A DNA stretch of 64,000 nucleotides from positions 17,612-81,611 of the forward strand of contig DAIDHK010000005.1 of assembly GCA_027459725.1 (NCBI GenBank), given 5' to 3'. The notes under the pieces were generated by a model. That model made no database searches, had not been told where the DNA came from, and worked only from the letters and a program-made list of their open reading frames with translations. Of the stretch, positions 10,696 to 21,440 are shown piece by piece. Position 1 is the stretch's first letter, and every line of letters starts with the position of its first letter. The position numbers and the translations under genes are program-made. The stretch comes from Candidatus Levyibacteriota bacterium (lineage in GTDB: Bacteria; Patescibacteriota; Microgenomatia; Levybacterales; UBA12049).

Positions 10696-12558
10696 ATGAG
10701 AACCAAAGATACAGCTTTAATAAGAGACTTAGGAGTGACAGTAGATAACAATAGAGTAGTCATATACTCTAATTCACTGCATAATGGAACTAGTGTGTTC
10801 AGAGCAGGGGTTAGCCAAGATGGTCTATCTTTTAAAACAGCTCCCAAACAACCACAAATATTACTTACTAATGGCAAAATTGAAGATACAAGATACTGTC
10901 AGGACTTCTTTATCACAAATATCGAAAAATATAATTATTTAATCTATAAAAAACAGCTTGCCGATACTTATACCCTCAATTTAGCTAGAGCTAAAAATTA
11001 TTACCAATGGCAATTTATAGCTAAAATTGATGATATTCAAGAGAAAGGCTCTATTATTCCTTCGAAAATGAACTCCACTTCCAAACAATTGAATCTCATT
11101 TATGGAGAAACAGAAATTAAAATTGGGTATTTAGACGATAAATTTAAAATCACCAATGAGCAAACTATTCTATCACCGCGACAAAATGCTTTTGATAAAT
11201 TCCCACTTGAAATTGGCGGAGTTTTTACGCACGAAAATGGTGTATTAGTCATCTATTTTGTAAAAACTCCCCGTCGTGAAGGAGAACAATACTCTGCCGG
11301 TGCTGCCTTGTTGGACAAAAATGATTTAACCAAGATTCTCTGGAGATCTGATAATGCTATTTGGGAACAACCGGAAGACTGGAATAATATGCTCGTTTAT
11401 CCATTAGGAGCACTTCATTTTAAAGATAATCTTTTATTTTACTTTGGTATTGAGAATAAAAGCGTGGTAGCAGTTTCATTCAAAAACTACAACCGAATAT
11501 TTAGCCCTAAAAGGTTTTTCCCCTCACCTACTTTGAGTAAACATAAGCAAAACCCTATAATCACACCAGTTATGCATCATTCCTGGGAAAATCAATCAAC
11601 TTTTAATGCTGCTGCTGTATATGACGATGAGAAGATTCATTTAATTTATAGAGCTCAGGGAGATGCCAATACTTCTGTACTCGGATATGCTAATACAACT
11701 GATGGGTATAATATTGACGAGCGATCTGAAATGCCTGTTTATGTACCAAGAGAACCCTTCGAAACACCCTGGAGACAACCCTTTAAACTAACCAAACAGT
11801 ATATGTCAGGAGGAGGATACGGGGGTTGCGAAGATCCCAAAATAACCAAAATAGATAACCGGTTTTATCTCACTTATGTGGCATTTAATGGGATTGATCC
11901 GCCTCGTGTAGCCATTTCATCCATCGAAGTAGAAGAATTCCGACAGCAAACCTGGAATTGGTCACCGGCCAAGTTAATTTCTCCACCAAATGTTATTGAT
12001 AAAAGTGCTGTATTATTCCCTGAAAAAGTAAACGGAAAATACGTTATGATGCACAGGATCTTTCCGAATCTCTTGATTGATTTCCTTGATGATTTAAATT
12101 TTAATGAATATTTAGAAGGCAAATATAAAATTGAACCCCGAGAGAACATGTGGGATAGCCGGAAGCTGTCAGCAGGTGCTCCACCGATTAAAACCAAAGA
12201 TGGATGGTTATTGATTTACCATGCAGTTGATGACCGGGATGATAAACAATATAAAGTTGGTGCAATGCTTTTGGATCTTAATGACCCTACCAAAGTCAAA
12301 TATCGTTCCCTGCATCCTATTCTAACCCCTACTGAATGGTATGAGAATGAAGGCTTTAAAGGTGGAATTGCATATCCTTGCGGGGCGGTAGTCCTTAATG
12401 GTGAGCTAATGGTCTATTATGGGGGTGCGGACACAGTCGTATGTGTGGCGACAAAAAATCTTAATGAATTTTTAAAAGAGCTTAAAGAATCCAGCCCTAT
12501 CACACTGCAAACAGTTCCGAATCATCAATTTATAACGACAGATTATGAGCAGAAGTAA
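10696..12558 (+). CDS. GH130-family glycoside phosphorylase/hydrolase with two propeller domains, the first degenerate
   Basis: C-terminal domain has NPII, FNAAA, GCEDPKI, PPIKTKDGWLLIYH, YPCGAV and VYYGGAD. Confidence 0.88.
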   Translation: MRTKDTALIRDLGVTVDNNRVVIYSNSLHNGTSVFRAGVSQDGLSFKTAPKQPQILLTNGKIEDTRYCQDFFITNIEKYNYLIYKKQLADTYTLNLARAKNYYQWQFIAKIDDIQEKGSIIPSKMNSTSKQLNLIYGETEIKIGYLDDKFKITNEQTILSPRQNAFDKFPLEIGGVFTHENGVLVIYFVKTPRREGEQYSAGAALLDKNDLTKILWRSDNAIWEQPEDWNNMLVYPLGALHFKDNLLFYFGIENKSVVAVSFKNYNRIFSPKRFFPSPTLSKHKQNPIITPVMHHSWENQSTFNAAAVYDDEKIHLIYRAQGDANTSVLGYANTTDGYNIDERSEMPVYVPREPFETPWRQPFKLTKQYMSGGGYGGCEDPKITKIDNRFYLTYVAFNGIDPPRVAISSIEVEEFRQQTWNWSPAKLISPPNVIDKSAVLFPEKVNGKYVMMHRIFPNLLIDFLDDLNFNEYLEGKYKIEPRENMWDSRKLSAGAPPIKTKDGWLLIYHAVDDRDDKQYKVGAMLLDLNDPTKVKYRSLHPILTPTEWYENEGFKGGIAYPCGAVVLNGELMVYYGGADTVVCVATKNLNEFLKELKESSPITLQTVPNHQFITTDYEQK

Positions 12559-12738
12559 GTCTGCCTGTGAATTTGGCAACTCGGGGAGTTATTTCTGTTT
12601 CACTAAACCAATATTTTATAACTGAATAAATGGCTTTGATCATAATTTGAAGATGAATAGTCATCAAAACAGAGATTGATACTAAGAAAAAAATATTGCG
12701 AGTGAGTTATACTATTATTTAATAATAATACTTAAATT

Positions 12739-14679
12739 ATGCAGCTTACCCGTTCTGATAAGAATCCTATTCTACTACCATCGCGTCAAAACGAATGGGA
12801 ATCTACAGCCGCTTTTAATGGCTGTGTAGTAAAAACAGCTGATATATTCCATATGTTATACCGCGCTTTATCTGCCAATCAAGTAGTCAATAAAAATAAA
12901 CTGCAAATATCTTCGATTGGTTACAGCAAAAGCACAGATGGAGAAACTTTTTCAAAACACCAACAACTTTTTATCCCCCAAGAAGACTGGGAAATATATG
13001 GTTGTGAAGATCCCAGAATTACCTTTCTGGATAATAAATATTACATTTTCTATACTGCTCTCTCTCAATTTCCGTTTAATGCCAATGGTATTAAGGTGGG
13101 GTTGGCCATCAGTAACGATTTGCAAACAATCAATGAAAAACATCTCATCACACCTTTTAATGCAAAAGCGATGTCGCTTTTTCCGGAAAAGATAGACGGC
13201 AAATACGCTGCCATACTCACTGCCAACACTGACCAGCCTCCGGCAAAAATAAGTCTCGCACTTTTTGATAAAGAAGAAGAAATCTGGTCAAATGACTATT
13301 GGCAACGCTGGTACAGATATTTGGATGATCATGCAATCCCATTGCAGCGAGACTCTAAAGATCAGGTAGAGATCGGTGCACCTCCGATTAAAACCGATTT
13401 TGGCTGGCTATTAATTTATGCTTATATCAAAGACTATTTTTCAGATCATAAGATTTTTACAATTGAAGCAGCGCTACTTGATTTACATGATCCCAGAATA
13501 ATAACAAACAGAATCACAACACCCTTACTCCAACCAGAAACAAACTATGAACGTTTTGGTTATGTACCCAATATTGTTTTTCCTTCTGGTGCTCAAATTC
13601 ATAATGATGAACTTTTAGTCTATTACGGTGCAGCCGACACCTATACCTGTCTTGCCAAATGTTCATTGTCTGAACTCTTAAACGAATTAAGTGCACCACA
13701 AAACCGCCTGGACCATAATGGAGAAACTGTAGATATTTCAGTACGTTTGCAGCGTTATTTTGAAAATCCTATTCTTGCTCCAATAAATCAACATGAATGG
13801 GAGAATAAAGCCGTCTTTAATCCTGCAGCCATCAAAATCAACGATAAGATTCATCTCCTATACAGAGCTTTATCAAACAACAATGTTTCCAGCATCGGAT
13901 ATGCCCAAACTACTGATGGATTTCATATTGATCAAAGACTCGATAAGCCGGTATATGTACCAAGAGAAATTTTTGAGACAAACGGTTCAGGCAATAATTA
14001 TGGCTGTGAGGATCCACGTTTAACTTTAATAGACGACAGAATTTATATGTGTTACACCGCATATGACGGACATGATGCACCCAGAGTAGCTCTAAGTTCA
14101 ATCAGCCAGGAAGACTTCTTGTTGCAGCGCTGGCACTGGTCGATTCCTAAATTAATTTCTCCACCCGGTATCGATGATAAAGACGCTTGTATCTTATCTA
14201 AAACAATAAATGGAAAATATATGATTTTTCACCGTCTGCAAACTTTTATTTGGGTAGATTTTGTCGATGATCTGCACTTTTATGAGGGTAATTATCTGGG
14301 TGGTTCAATCCTATTGAAATCCCGCCATGACCACTGGGATAGTCATAAAGTAGGTATTGCTGCACCTCCTATTGAAACTACTGAGGGATGGTTACTCTTG
14401 TATCATGGAATCGGTGAAGATAATCATTATAGATTTGGTGCAGTTTTGCTGGATCTTGATAATCCAAAACAGATCTTAGGTCGCACTACTTACCCATTAT
14501 TGGAACCGGAATTACATAATGAAAAAGATGGACAAGTACCAAATGTAGTATTCCCATGTGGGGCAATAGTAAAAGATGATACACTTTTTGTTTATTATGG
14601 CGGAGCTGACAGCGTGACTGATGTAGCAACTGTTAAGATGGATAGAGTTTTAGGACTTCTAAAAAAATCACATCTTTAA
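12739..14679 (+). CDS. GH130-family protein with two tandem intact domains
   Basis: GCEDPR, PPIxTxxGWLL, VFPxGA and YYGxAD each occur twice. Confidence 0.92.
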   Translation: MQLTRSDKNPILLPSRQNEWESTAAFNGCVVKTADIFHMLYRALSANQVVNKNKLQISSIGYSKSTDGETFSKHQQLFIPQEDWEIYGCEDPRITFLDNKYYIFYTALSQFPFNANGIKVGLAISNDLQTINEKHLITPFNAKAMSLFPEKIDGKYAAILTANTDQPPAKISLALFDKEEEIWSNDYWQRWYRYLDDHAIPLQRDSKDQVEIGAPPIKTDFGWLLIYAYIKDYFSDHKIFTIEAALLDLHDPRIITNRITTPLLQPETNYERFGYVPNIVFPSGAQIHNDELLVYYGAADTYTCLAKCSLSELLNELSAPQNRLDHNGETVDISVRLQRYFENPILAPINQHEWENKAVFNPAAIKINDKIHLLYRALSNNNVSSIGYAQTTDGFHIDQRLDKPVYVPREIFETNGSGNNYGCEDPRLTLIDDRIYMCYTAYDGHDAPRVALSSISQEDFLLQRWHWSIPKLISPPGIDDKDACILSKTINGKYMIFHRLQTFIWVDFVDDLHFYEGNYLGGSILLKSRHDHWDSHKVGIAAPPIETTEGWLLLYHGIGEDNHYRFGAVLLDLDNPKQILGRTTYPLLEPELHNEKDGQVPNVVFPCGAIVKDDTLFVYYGGADSVTDVATVKMDRVLGLLKKSHL

Positions 14680-14732
14680 TGTTAAAAACAAATACAATAA
14701 ATATACTAATAATTTAAAAGCCTTAAAATTAT

Positions 14733-15302
14733 TTAAACAAATAATTTTTCTATCGTTAATATGGCTTTTTTTGTATTTTCATCTTTTACTAATTGTCTGG
14801 CAGTTATGACATCAGCCCATTGTGTTTCATAAAATTCCTCAGCTAATTTTTTTCTATCAGGCTTAAAGTCTTTTTTTACCAAGGGTACAAAATACCAAAT
14901 ATCATAATGCCTCTCACACTTAATTTTTTCCGGATTAATAGTACGTGTAACTGAAAAAAATTTCGGATCACCTATACTCTCATAATTTACATTAACTCCC
15001 CATTCTTCCCCAATTTCCCGGTATAACGTATCTTGCGGACTTTCTCCAATGTCAATGTGTCCACCGTTAAATAACCATAAATCGGATTTTTTATGACGAC
15101 CCAGAAAAACAAGTTTTTGTTGGGCATCATAAGCAGCAAAATATATACAAAAATGATCATATGGATTTTCGTCTCTGGTTATACTGCCTTGTTCTAATCT
15201 CCTGTTAAAACGGGAAACTATTTTCTGACATGGGTATTTATCAACAATCTTTTTAATATCCGATACTAAACTGCTATCTCTTTTAATAGTACTATTTGAC
15301 AT
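14733..15302 (-). CDS. NUDIX hydrolase
   Basis: Nudix box GGHIDIGESPQDTLYREIGEEWG. Confidence 0.9.
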   Translation of the reverse strand: MSNSTIKRDSSLVSDIKKIVDKYPCQKIVSRFNRRLEQGSITRDENPYDHFCIYFAAYDAQQKLVFLGRHKKSDLWLFNGGHIDIGESPQDTLYREIGEEWGVNVNYESIGDPKFFSVTRTINPEKIKCERHYDIWYFVPLVKKDFKPDRKKLAEEFYETQWADVITARQLVKDENTKKAILTIEKLFV

Positions 15303-15304
15303 AA

Positions 15305-15682
15305 TTAGTGCGAAGAGTGAAACAAATGCAAAATATGAGGTGTAAAAATTAGTATACCCACTATCACTGAACCCACAGCTGTTAATAAAACCATACCGGA
15401 GGAAACATCTTTGGCAATTCTGGCCTCTTCATGATGTTCTTTGGTAATCAAATCAACTATCTTTTCCATAGTTGAATTAATCATCTCAGTAACTATTACG
15501 AGCATTATCATAACTCCCAAAATTCCCATTTCAAACGGATTTACATCCAACATTAAACTAAAAATGATAACCAGTATTGCTATGAAAAAATGAACCCGTA
15601 TATTTTGATCATGTTGAAAAACATATTTAATGCCTTCCCAGGCATACGCAAATGACTTAACAAAGCGTTTATCATCAATCAT
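15305..15682 (-). CDS. dgkA: Prokaryotic diacylglycerol/undecaprenol kinase
   Basis: SFAYAWEGI, EMINSTMEKIVD and AKDVSSG motifs; three TM helices. Confidence 0.92.
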   Translation of the reverse strand: MIDDKRFVKSFAYAWEGIKYVFQHDQNIRVHFFIAILVIIFSLMLDVNPFEMGILGVMIMLVIVTEMINSTMEKIVDLITKEHHEEARIAKDVSSGMVLLTAVGSVIVGILIFTPHILHLFHSSH

Positions 15683-15686
15683 AGGT

Positions 15687-16280
15687 TTATCCTTTCAGTA
15701 CAAGTTCAATCATAACATAAACTATTATTGTTATGAAGAAACCGAAGATAGCTCCTGTTACTGTCTCAGAAACTGTATGCTTATGCAACTTGATACGAGA
15801 CCAGGCCACCATCGGAATAAGCAATAATACCCAGGAATACAAAATACCGTTTAAGACGACAAAGGCAAACAAAATACTAGTTACTGATGCCACATGAATA
15901 CTAGCTTTTATTCTTGTATTCAACAGATCGATTAAACCAAGTGCTAGAATGGCACCCACTGCTAAAACCAGCATAACCAAAGGACCATTAAATAGTAAGA
16001 GCGAAATAATATAGACAGCGATTGCGATGCCAACGGACAAAAAGAACAAAGGCCTTTGAGATCGAACCGAGACGTCTAAATTTGTAAATCTGCCTGTTTT
16101 AACCTGATACATGATAAAAATTCCTAATATAAAAACAACTAACCACGAGAAGAAAGTCCACCTAACTGCTTCTGTATAATTATTTTCTGCATGCATGATG
16201 ATCAGATATGGTAAGGGTAAAAATAAAACTAAAGGGTGAAAAACTACGGAGAGAATACGAGCCAAAAAAAGGATGAGCAT
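15687..16280 (-). CDS. PAP2-like membrane protein
   Basis: KASIH and WSRIKLHKHT motifs; multi-TM. Confidence 0.7.
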   Translation of the reverse strand: MLILFLARILSVVFHPLVLFLPLPYLIIMHAENNYTEAVRWTFFSWLVVFILGIFIMYQVKTGRFTNLDVSVRSQRPLFFLSVGIAIAVYIISLLLFNGPLVMLVLAVGAILALGLIDLLNTRIKASIHVASVTSILFAFVVLNGILYSWVLLLIPMVAWSRIKLHKHTVSETVTGAIFGFFITIIVYVMIELVLKG

Positions 16281-16289
16281 AGGTTAAAT

Positions 16290-17687
16290 TTACAGATATT
16301 TTTGCAATCTGGCAAGTGTTTTGTCTTTGCCCAGAATAACTAAGCTTTCGGGTAATGGTAAACCCTTGGGCTGTCCAGTAAATATTGTGTACAAAACAGG
16401 CATTTTTACCTTGTATATGTGCAGAATCTCGCGCATAGATGACATAATCTGTTCACTGCTCCATATATCTACCTCTGACAGCATTCTATACAACTCTTGT
16501 GCAATTTCTTTATACTGTATCTGTAAGTTTGGACTAAAAGTCTGAACAAAATGCCCAGATAATAAAGCAAACTCTTTAAGAGTTTCCATCCTTGACTGGG
16601 CTAAAATTACTATCTGATGAAACAACGTTGGATCAAAATTATCCTTAATACTCTTATCAAACTTTACTAATTCCCCTTCCAATTCCTCCAGGGACATTTG
16701 ACGAATATACTCACCATTCAGCCATTTCAATTTTTGCACATCAAAAATCGGTGCAACCGGTCGTATATCTTTTAAATCAAATTTGTCGATAAACTCTTGC
16801 AAAGTAAAAATCTCTTTTTCCTCCGGATGACTCCATCCCAGTAGAGCAAGATAATTTAAGATCGCCTCTGGTAGAAAACCTTCTTCACGGAACCAGTTTA
16901 CATTGGTATGTCCCTGTCTTTTAGATAGCTTTGATTTATCAGGATTACGCAAAGTAGCTGTGTGGTAAATTTCAGGTATCTCCCAACCAAAATATTTATA
17001 AAGTAATACGTGTTTAGGTAAAGATGAAATCCATTCCTCTGCTCTTAAAATATGAGAAATTTGCATCAGATGATCGTCTACTACTACTCCCAAATGATAA
17101 GTAGGATAACCATCAGATTTTAATAAAATTTGTTTACTAACTTGTTTATATTCAAAAGTAATGTCTCCGCGAATACCATCATGTACTGAGATACTTCCTT
17201 CATCCGGTACTTTCATTCGCAATACCCAATCCTGACTCTGTAGCATCTCTTCCACTGATTTGGGAGCTGGAGGAATCTGGCTATATGCTGATACTAATTG
17301 TTTACTCCCTGAATAATCTTTTTTCTTACCTGTATTATCTGTCTTAGGATAATAATCGAAAAATGCATACCCTTTCTCAAGTAACTCCTGCGCAAATTTA
17401 TGATAAATAGCCAATCTTTCAGACTGACGATAAGGCGCAAATTGTCCACCTTTTCGCGGACTCTCATCTTCCTGTAAACCAAACCAGTCCAAAGCAGAAA
17501 ATATAACCTGTTCTGCATCTTCTACTAAACGTGTTCTATCAGTATCTTCAATACGAACAATAAATTTACCATTGTTTTTATGTGTATAAGCGTAATTAAA
17601 TAAAGCCTGGTAAATAGTACCTATGTGCGGATAACCTGTTGGCGAAGGAGCTATACGCAAGCGATAATTTGTCTGTTGATTAATCAT
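16290..17687 (-). CDS. gltX: Glutamate--tRNA ligase
   Basis: RIAPSPTGYPHIG, RIEDTD, PTYH and KLSKR motifs. Confidence 0.97.
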   Translation of the reverse strand: MINQQTNYRLRIAPSPTGYPHIGTIYQALFNYAYTHKNNGKFIVRIEDTDRTRLVEDAEQVIFSALDWFGLQEDESPRKGGQFAPYRQSERLAIYHKFAQELLEKGYAFFDYYPKTDNTGKKKDYSGSKQLVSAYSQIPPAPKSVEEMLQSQDWVLRMKVPDEGSISVHDGIRGDITFEYKQVSKQILLKSDGYPTYHLGVVVDDHLMQISHILRAEEWISSLPKHVLLYKYFGWEIPEIYHTATLRNPDKSKLSKRQGHTNVNWFREEGFLPEAILNYLALLGWSHPEEKEIFTLQEFIDKFDLKDIRPVAPIFDVQKLKWLNGEYIRQMSLEELEGELVKFDKSIKDNFDPTLFHQIVILAQSRMETLKEFALLSGHFVQTFSPNLQIQYKEIAQELYRMLSEVDIWSSEQIMSSMREILHIYKVKMPVLYTIFTGQPKGLPLPESLVILGKDKTLARLQKYL

Positions 17688-17777
17688 AATTTAGCTAAAA
17701 GCTTCTGACTAAATCCATATTCATTTTTAGCAGGAGTCAATTTGCATTGTACCCAAATTTTACCATATACTCAAGAT

Positions 17778-18899
17778 ATGTGGTCTCTACATGCTGTAAC
17801 CGAAAACGTACGTAGATTAGCAATAGTTGGAGTTGTAGTACTAATTGTTGTTATTTTGCTATGGTCGATTATCGCCAATATCATCTCTTATCTAAGCCGC
17901 CCCGCATATGTTCCTCCCGCCATGGGATTTGGCCAGTTACCACCCATTCCTTTTCCTCAGAACAATATTAATACTAAACTAACTTATACACTTAATACCG
18001 TTGATGGAAAAGCTGATCTCCTGGACCCATCAAGTGGACAACCTCTACCAGTTAGTGACAGAATAAATGTCTATAAAATTATTCAATCAACTCCTTCTCT
18101 TAACAGTCTACAAAACGCAGACTTGAAAGTAGCCGCCATTGGCATGGTAAATCCCGATGGTTCTGCCATCAAAGAGCAGCGTGTATCTGAAACTGAATAT
18201 AGCTGGACTGAAACCAATGGCATGAATAGGGTTATGTATATGGACATCAGCAGCTATAACTTTACACTAACGTCAAATTATCTTAATTATCCCTCAGTAC
18301 TAGCCGCCAACAATCTGCCAACTGATTCACAAGCAATTTCAACAGCTCTAAATTTTCTCAATACTCTACAACTGGATTCATCAGATTTTGACTCCAGCCT
18401 GACAACTACCACTGATTACACCATTAGTAATGGTACTCTGGTGCCTGTAACTAATGCCGGACAAAAAATCATGGCGGTAAAAGTAAACTTCTTTCAACAG
18501 GCCGTCAATAACCTGCCAATTGATTATCCAAACCCTCCTGATTCTACCCTAAGTTTTATTGTCACAGGAGGAGATTCGGCACCCCAAGTTGCACAAGCTA
18601 CATATATACATCAGGTAGTAGATACATCAGCCCAGGGTGTTTCTGATTATCCTTTAAAAACAGCTCAACAGGCTTTTGCGGATTTACAGGCAGGTAATGC
18701 ATATATCGTACCTGGTTTTGATACTAGTTCTGGACAGGCCGCGATCAGAACAATTTCACTTGGTTATTATATCGGCACTAATCCTCAACAATATCTTATG
18801 CCTATATATATTTTTCAGGGAGATAATAATTTTGTAGCTTACGTTTCAGCAGTTAGTGATAATGTCCTGGCAACTCCGACACCATCTGTGCAGCCGTAG
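17778..18899 (+). CDS. Membrane-anchored extracellular hypothetical protein
   Basis: N-terminal TM, FGQLPPIPFP, C-terminal LGYY and PIYIFQG; TTGCAT and TATACT just upstream; 3' end overlaps the convergent peptidase gene by 47 bp. Confidence 0.8.
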   Translation: MWSLHAVTENVRRLAIVGVVVLIVVILLWSIIANIISYLSRPAYVPPAMGFGQLPPIPFPQNNINTKLTYTLNTVDGKADLLDPSSGQPLPVSDRINVYKIIQSTPSLNSLQNADLKVAAIGMVNPDGSAIKEQRVSETEYSWTETNGMNRVMYMDISSYNFTLTSNYLNYPSVLAANNLPTDSQAISTALNFLNTLQLDSSDFDSSLTTTTDYTISNGTLVPVTNAGQKIMAVKVNFFQQAVNNLPIDYPNPPDSTLSFIVTGGDSAPQVAQATYIHQVVDTSAQGVSDYPLKTAQQAFADLQAGNAYIVPGFDTSSGQAAIRTISLGYYIGTNPQQYLMPIYIFQGDNNFVAYVSAVSDNVLATPTPSVQP

Positions 18900-19857
18900 T
18901 GTATTGCACATTATTATCTATCAAATGCAACAAGGTCAGAGTATCGGCAAAACGATCCGTACTATCCATTACGATAATGATATAGACATGCGATCCGTCT
19001 TGTTTAGCCGTGATTAAGACCTGACCAGCTTCTTCGGTAGTTCCTGTTTTTATACCTACTACCCCATCTTCACCCAATAACTGGTTTAAGTTCGTAAGAG
19101 GATATCCATATACTTTATTTACCGTTGTAATGTACATGTTTTTAGTACCAAAAATTGTATGCAGCAGAGGTTGATGATAAACAATATCGGCTAAATCGGC
19201 CAAATTCCCTACAGTCGTATAGTCACCCGGATCATCTAATCCTGCAGGATCCTGGTAGGCTGTATTATTTAGATGGAATGCCTTTGCTTTGGCATTCATA
19301 GCAGCTACAAAAGCTTTCTCCCCACCCGGATAATTATCAGCAATAGCCATAGCTGCATCATTGGCAGAAGGTAGAAACATGGCATAGAGTAAATCAATGA
19401 ATCTAAACTGTTCTCCGGCAAAGAAATGCAAGCCAGAGCCTTCCACATAATTACGTTTGATAGTTAAAATATCTTCTGGTTTGTAATAATCCAATCCCAC
19501 TAAAGCTGTCATCATTTTGGTCGTTGAAGCCATCGAGGCGTGCACGTCAGGATTTTTCTCATACAGAATCTTATGCGAATCAGCATCCATAATAATCGCA
19601 TTTACAGCAGAGATGGTAGGCTTGAAATTATAAATAAGAGAAGGATAATCTGTCCATGACTGGGAAGTATTTATACTTTGCACCCTTAAAGCTTGACTTT
19701 GAGTCTGTAAATGTTGGGCACCTAAGGCAAGAATTAACAATACTCCGAGCAACAAGAAAGGAAAAAGCAATAAACGTATTTGCAGATCAAAACGTTTAAA
19801 AAAACCATTTATAGATCTAGCCGTTGTCTTCAGATGATTGTTGAGAGAGTCTTTCAT
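18853..19857 (-). CDS. D-alanyl-D-alanine carboxypeptidase (peptidase S11)
   Basis: SxxK (ASTTK), SAN and KTG motifs; N-terminal TM. Confidence 0.93.
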   Translation of the reverse strand: MKDSLNNHLKTTARSINGFFKRFDLQIRLLLFPFLLLGVLLILALGAQHLQTQSQALRVQSINTSQSWTDYPSLIYNFKPTISAVNAIIMDADSHKILYEKNPDVHASMASTTKMMTALVGLDYYKPEDILTIKRNYVEGSGLHFFAGEQFRFIDLLYAMFLPSANDAAMAIADNYPGGEKAFVAAMNAKAKAFHLNNTAYQDPAGLDDPGDYTTVGNLADLADIVYHQPLLHTIFGTKNMYITTVNKVYGYPLTNLNQLLGEDGVVGIKTGTTEEAGQVLITAKQDGSHVYIIIVMDSTDRFADTLTLLHLIDNNVQYTTAAQMVSELPGHYH

Positions 19858-21175
19858 CAATTCTTTCCATGTCACGCGGGAACAATACCGCTTCACGAAT
19901 GTTAGGCAATTCCAAAATCTGCATAGTTAAGCGTTCCGCACCCAAAGCAAATCCACCTTCGGGAGGAACTCCGTAACGGAATGCTTCTAAGAACATTGTA
20001 ATCTTTTTAGGATCCATTTTCCATTCTTCAACATGCGCCATCAGCTGTTGATAATCATTGATCCGACGACCTCCCGACATCCACTCCACACCCCGGCAGA
20101 GTAAATCTAAACCCTCGTTGTATTCGGGGTCTTGTGGATTAGGGTATACATAAAAAGGTTTTTTCTTAGTTGGATAACCATAAATGAATACTAAATCAGA
20201 ACCTGTTTCCTCTTTAATGATGGCACAAATATCCCTTTCGTCTTCAGGATTTAAATCTTTCTCTCCCCGGCAATCCCGCTTGGCTACCTGAAAGATTTTC
20301 TCTTGTGCTTCCCGCAAGCTTAGTGTCGGTGTCTTCTCAATAGTCTGGGGTAATGAGATATTGTACATTTTAAGTTCATCTGCGCATTTTTCTCCAACTT
20401 GCTGCAAGATATATTTAACGGTTTGCTCAGCCATATCTCGAATATCCTCCCAGGACTTAATAAATCCCATCTCGGCATCAAGCGAAACTATTTCAGTCAA
20501 ATGACGGGTAGTCACTGAAGGCTCAGCACGAAATACTTTATTTACACTAAACACTCTTTCAAATGCACTCATGACAATCTGCTTATATAGCTGAGGACTT
20601 TGAGTCAGATAAGCTTTATGATCAAAATATTTAACTTCAAAGACTTCCGCCCCTCCTTCCGCAGTTGCAGGCGCAATTGAGGGAGCCTGGAATTCCATAA
20701 AATCCTGGCTCTTCATAAACTCGCGAAATGAATCAATAATCACAGCCTGAACTTTAAAAATGGCCTGTATCTTCAGATTACGCAGTGTAAAGGCTCGATG
20801 ATCCAAAAGGGTTGGTAATTCTAAGTTAAGCGTTTCAGCATTGATATCAAACGGTAAGGGTTCTGCTTTCGCCAGAATCGTGAGTTTAGTTGCTTCCAAT
20901 TCTACCGTACCGCTGACAATTTTAGGATTTATTAATCTTTCAGGACGTTCATTAACTTTTCCTTCAATTTCTACAGCATATTCTCCTCGCAGTTGAGTCG
21001 CGCTATCATAAGCCTCTTGAGATACTTGAGGATTAAATACAACCTGTAACAAACCTGTTCTATCACGCAAATCGACAAAGATAAGCTTGCCGTGGTCACG
21101 TCTCGCGTGTATCCAGCCATTCACCACTACACTTTCGCCTATTTTTTCTACTGTCTGTTTTATTAATGTTCTCAT
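19817..21175 (-). CDS. aspS: Aspartate--tRNA ligase, short archaeal-like type, probably non-discriminating
   Basis: OB fold (RDHGKLIFVDLRDRTG), LTQSPQLYKQ, FRAE and RHLTE, GGFALGAER; 452 aa with no GAD insert. Confidence 0.9.
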   Translation of the reverse strand: MRTLIKQTVEKIGESVVVNGWIHARRDHGKLIFVDLRDRTGLLQVVFNPQVSQEAYDSATQLRGEYAVEIEGKVNERPERLINPKIVSGTVELEATKLTILAKAEPLPFDINAETLNLELPTLLDHRAFTLRNLKIQAIFKVQAVIIDSFREFMKSQDFMEFQAPSIAPATAEGGAEVFEVKYFDHKAYLTQSPQLYKQIVMSAFERVFSVNKVFRAEPSVTTRHLTEIVSLDAEMGFIKSWEDIRDMAEQTVKYILQQVGEKCADELKMYNISLPQTIEKTPTLSLREAQEKIFQVAKRDCRGEKDLNPEDERDICAIIKEETGSDLVFIYGYPTKKKPFYVYPNPQDPEYNEGLDLLCRGVEWMSGGRRINDYQQLMAHVEEWKMDPKKITMFLEAFRYGVPPEGGFALGAERLTMQILELPNIREAVLFPRDMERIDERLSQQSSEDNG

Positions 21176-21239
21176 GCTTAAAACTAAATTGAGGCTAAAA
21201 TGAGCCTAGAAAATGTCTATTTCTAGCCTCGACTTTGTG

Positions 21240-21292
21240 TATCATACATGGAAATCTAACTCTTGACAAGGGTGTTTTTCAAGGACTATACT
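21240..21292. promoter_or_regulatory. Overlapping divergent sigma70 promoters sharing the near-palindrome CTTGACAAG
   Basis: Plus strand: TTGACA(21263)-18-TATACT(21287). Minus strand: TTGTCA-17-TATGAT toward aspS. Confidence 0.7.
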
Positions 21293-21314
21293 CTCAGTTG
21301 GGATAATTTTATAT

Positions 21315-21371
21315 ATGAGTTGCAATTTACACATTATTATTTCTAATAATCTCCGCTTCCAAGCAAGTTAG
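21315..21371 (+). CDS. Putative leader peptide MSCNLHIIISNNLRFQAS
   Basis: 18-codon uORF with ATT-ATT-ATT, lying between the promoter and a terminator. Confidence 0.65.
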   Translation: MSCNLHIIISNNLRFQAS

Positions 21372-21393
21372 GGGATTTGGCGCGTATAAAACC

Positions 21394-21429
21394 AAATCTC
21401 CTCTCACTTTGAGCAGGAGATTTTTTTTT
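21394..21429 (+). terminator. Intrinsic terminator of the attenuator
   Basis: AAATCTCCT-CTCA-ctt-TGAG-c-AGGAGATTT stem running into a T9 tract, just before the downstream ATG. Confidence 0.8.
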
Positions 21430-21440
21430 GAAATAAAATT

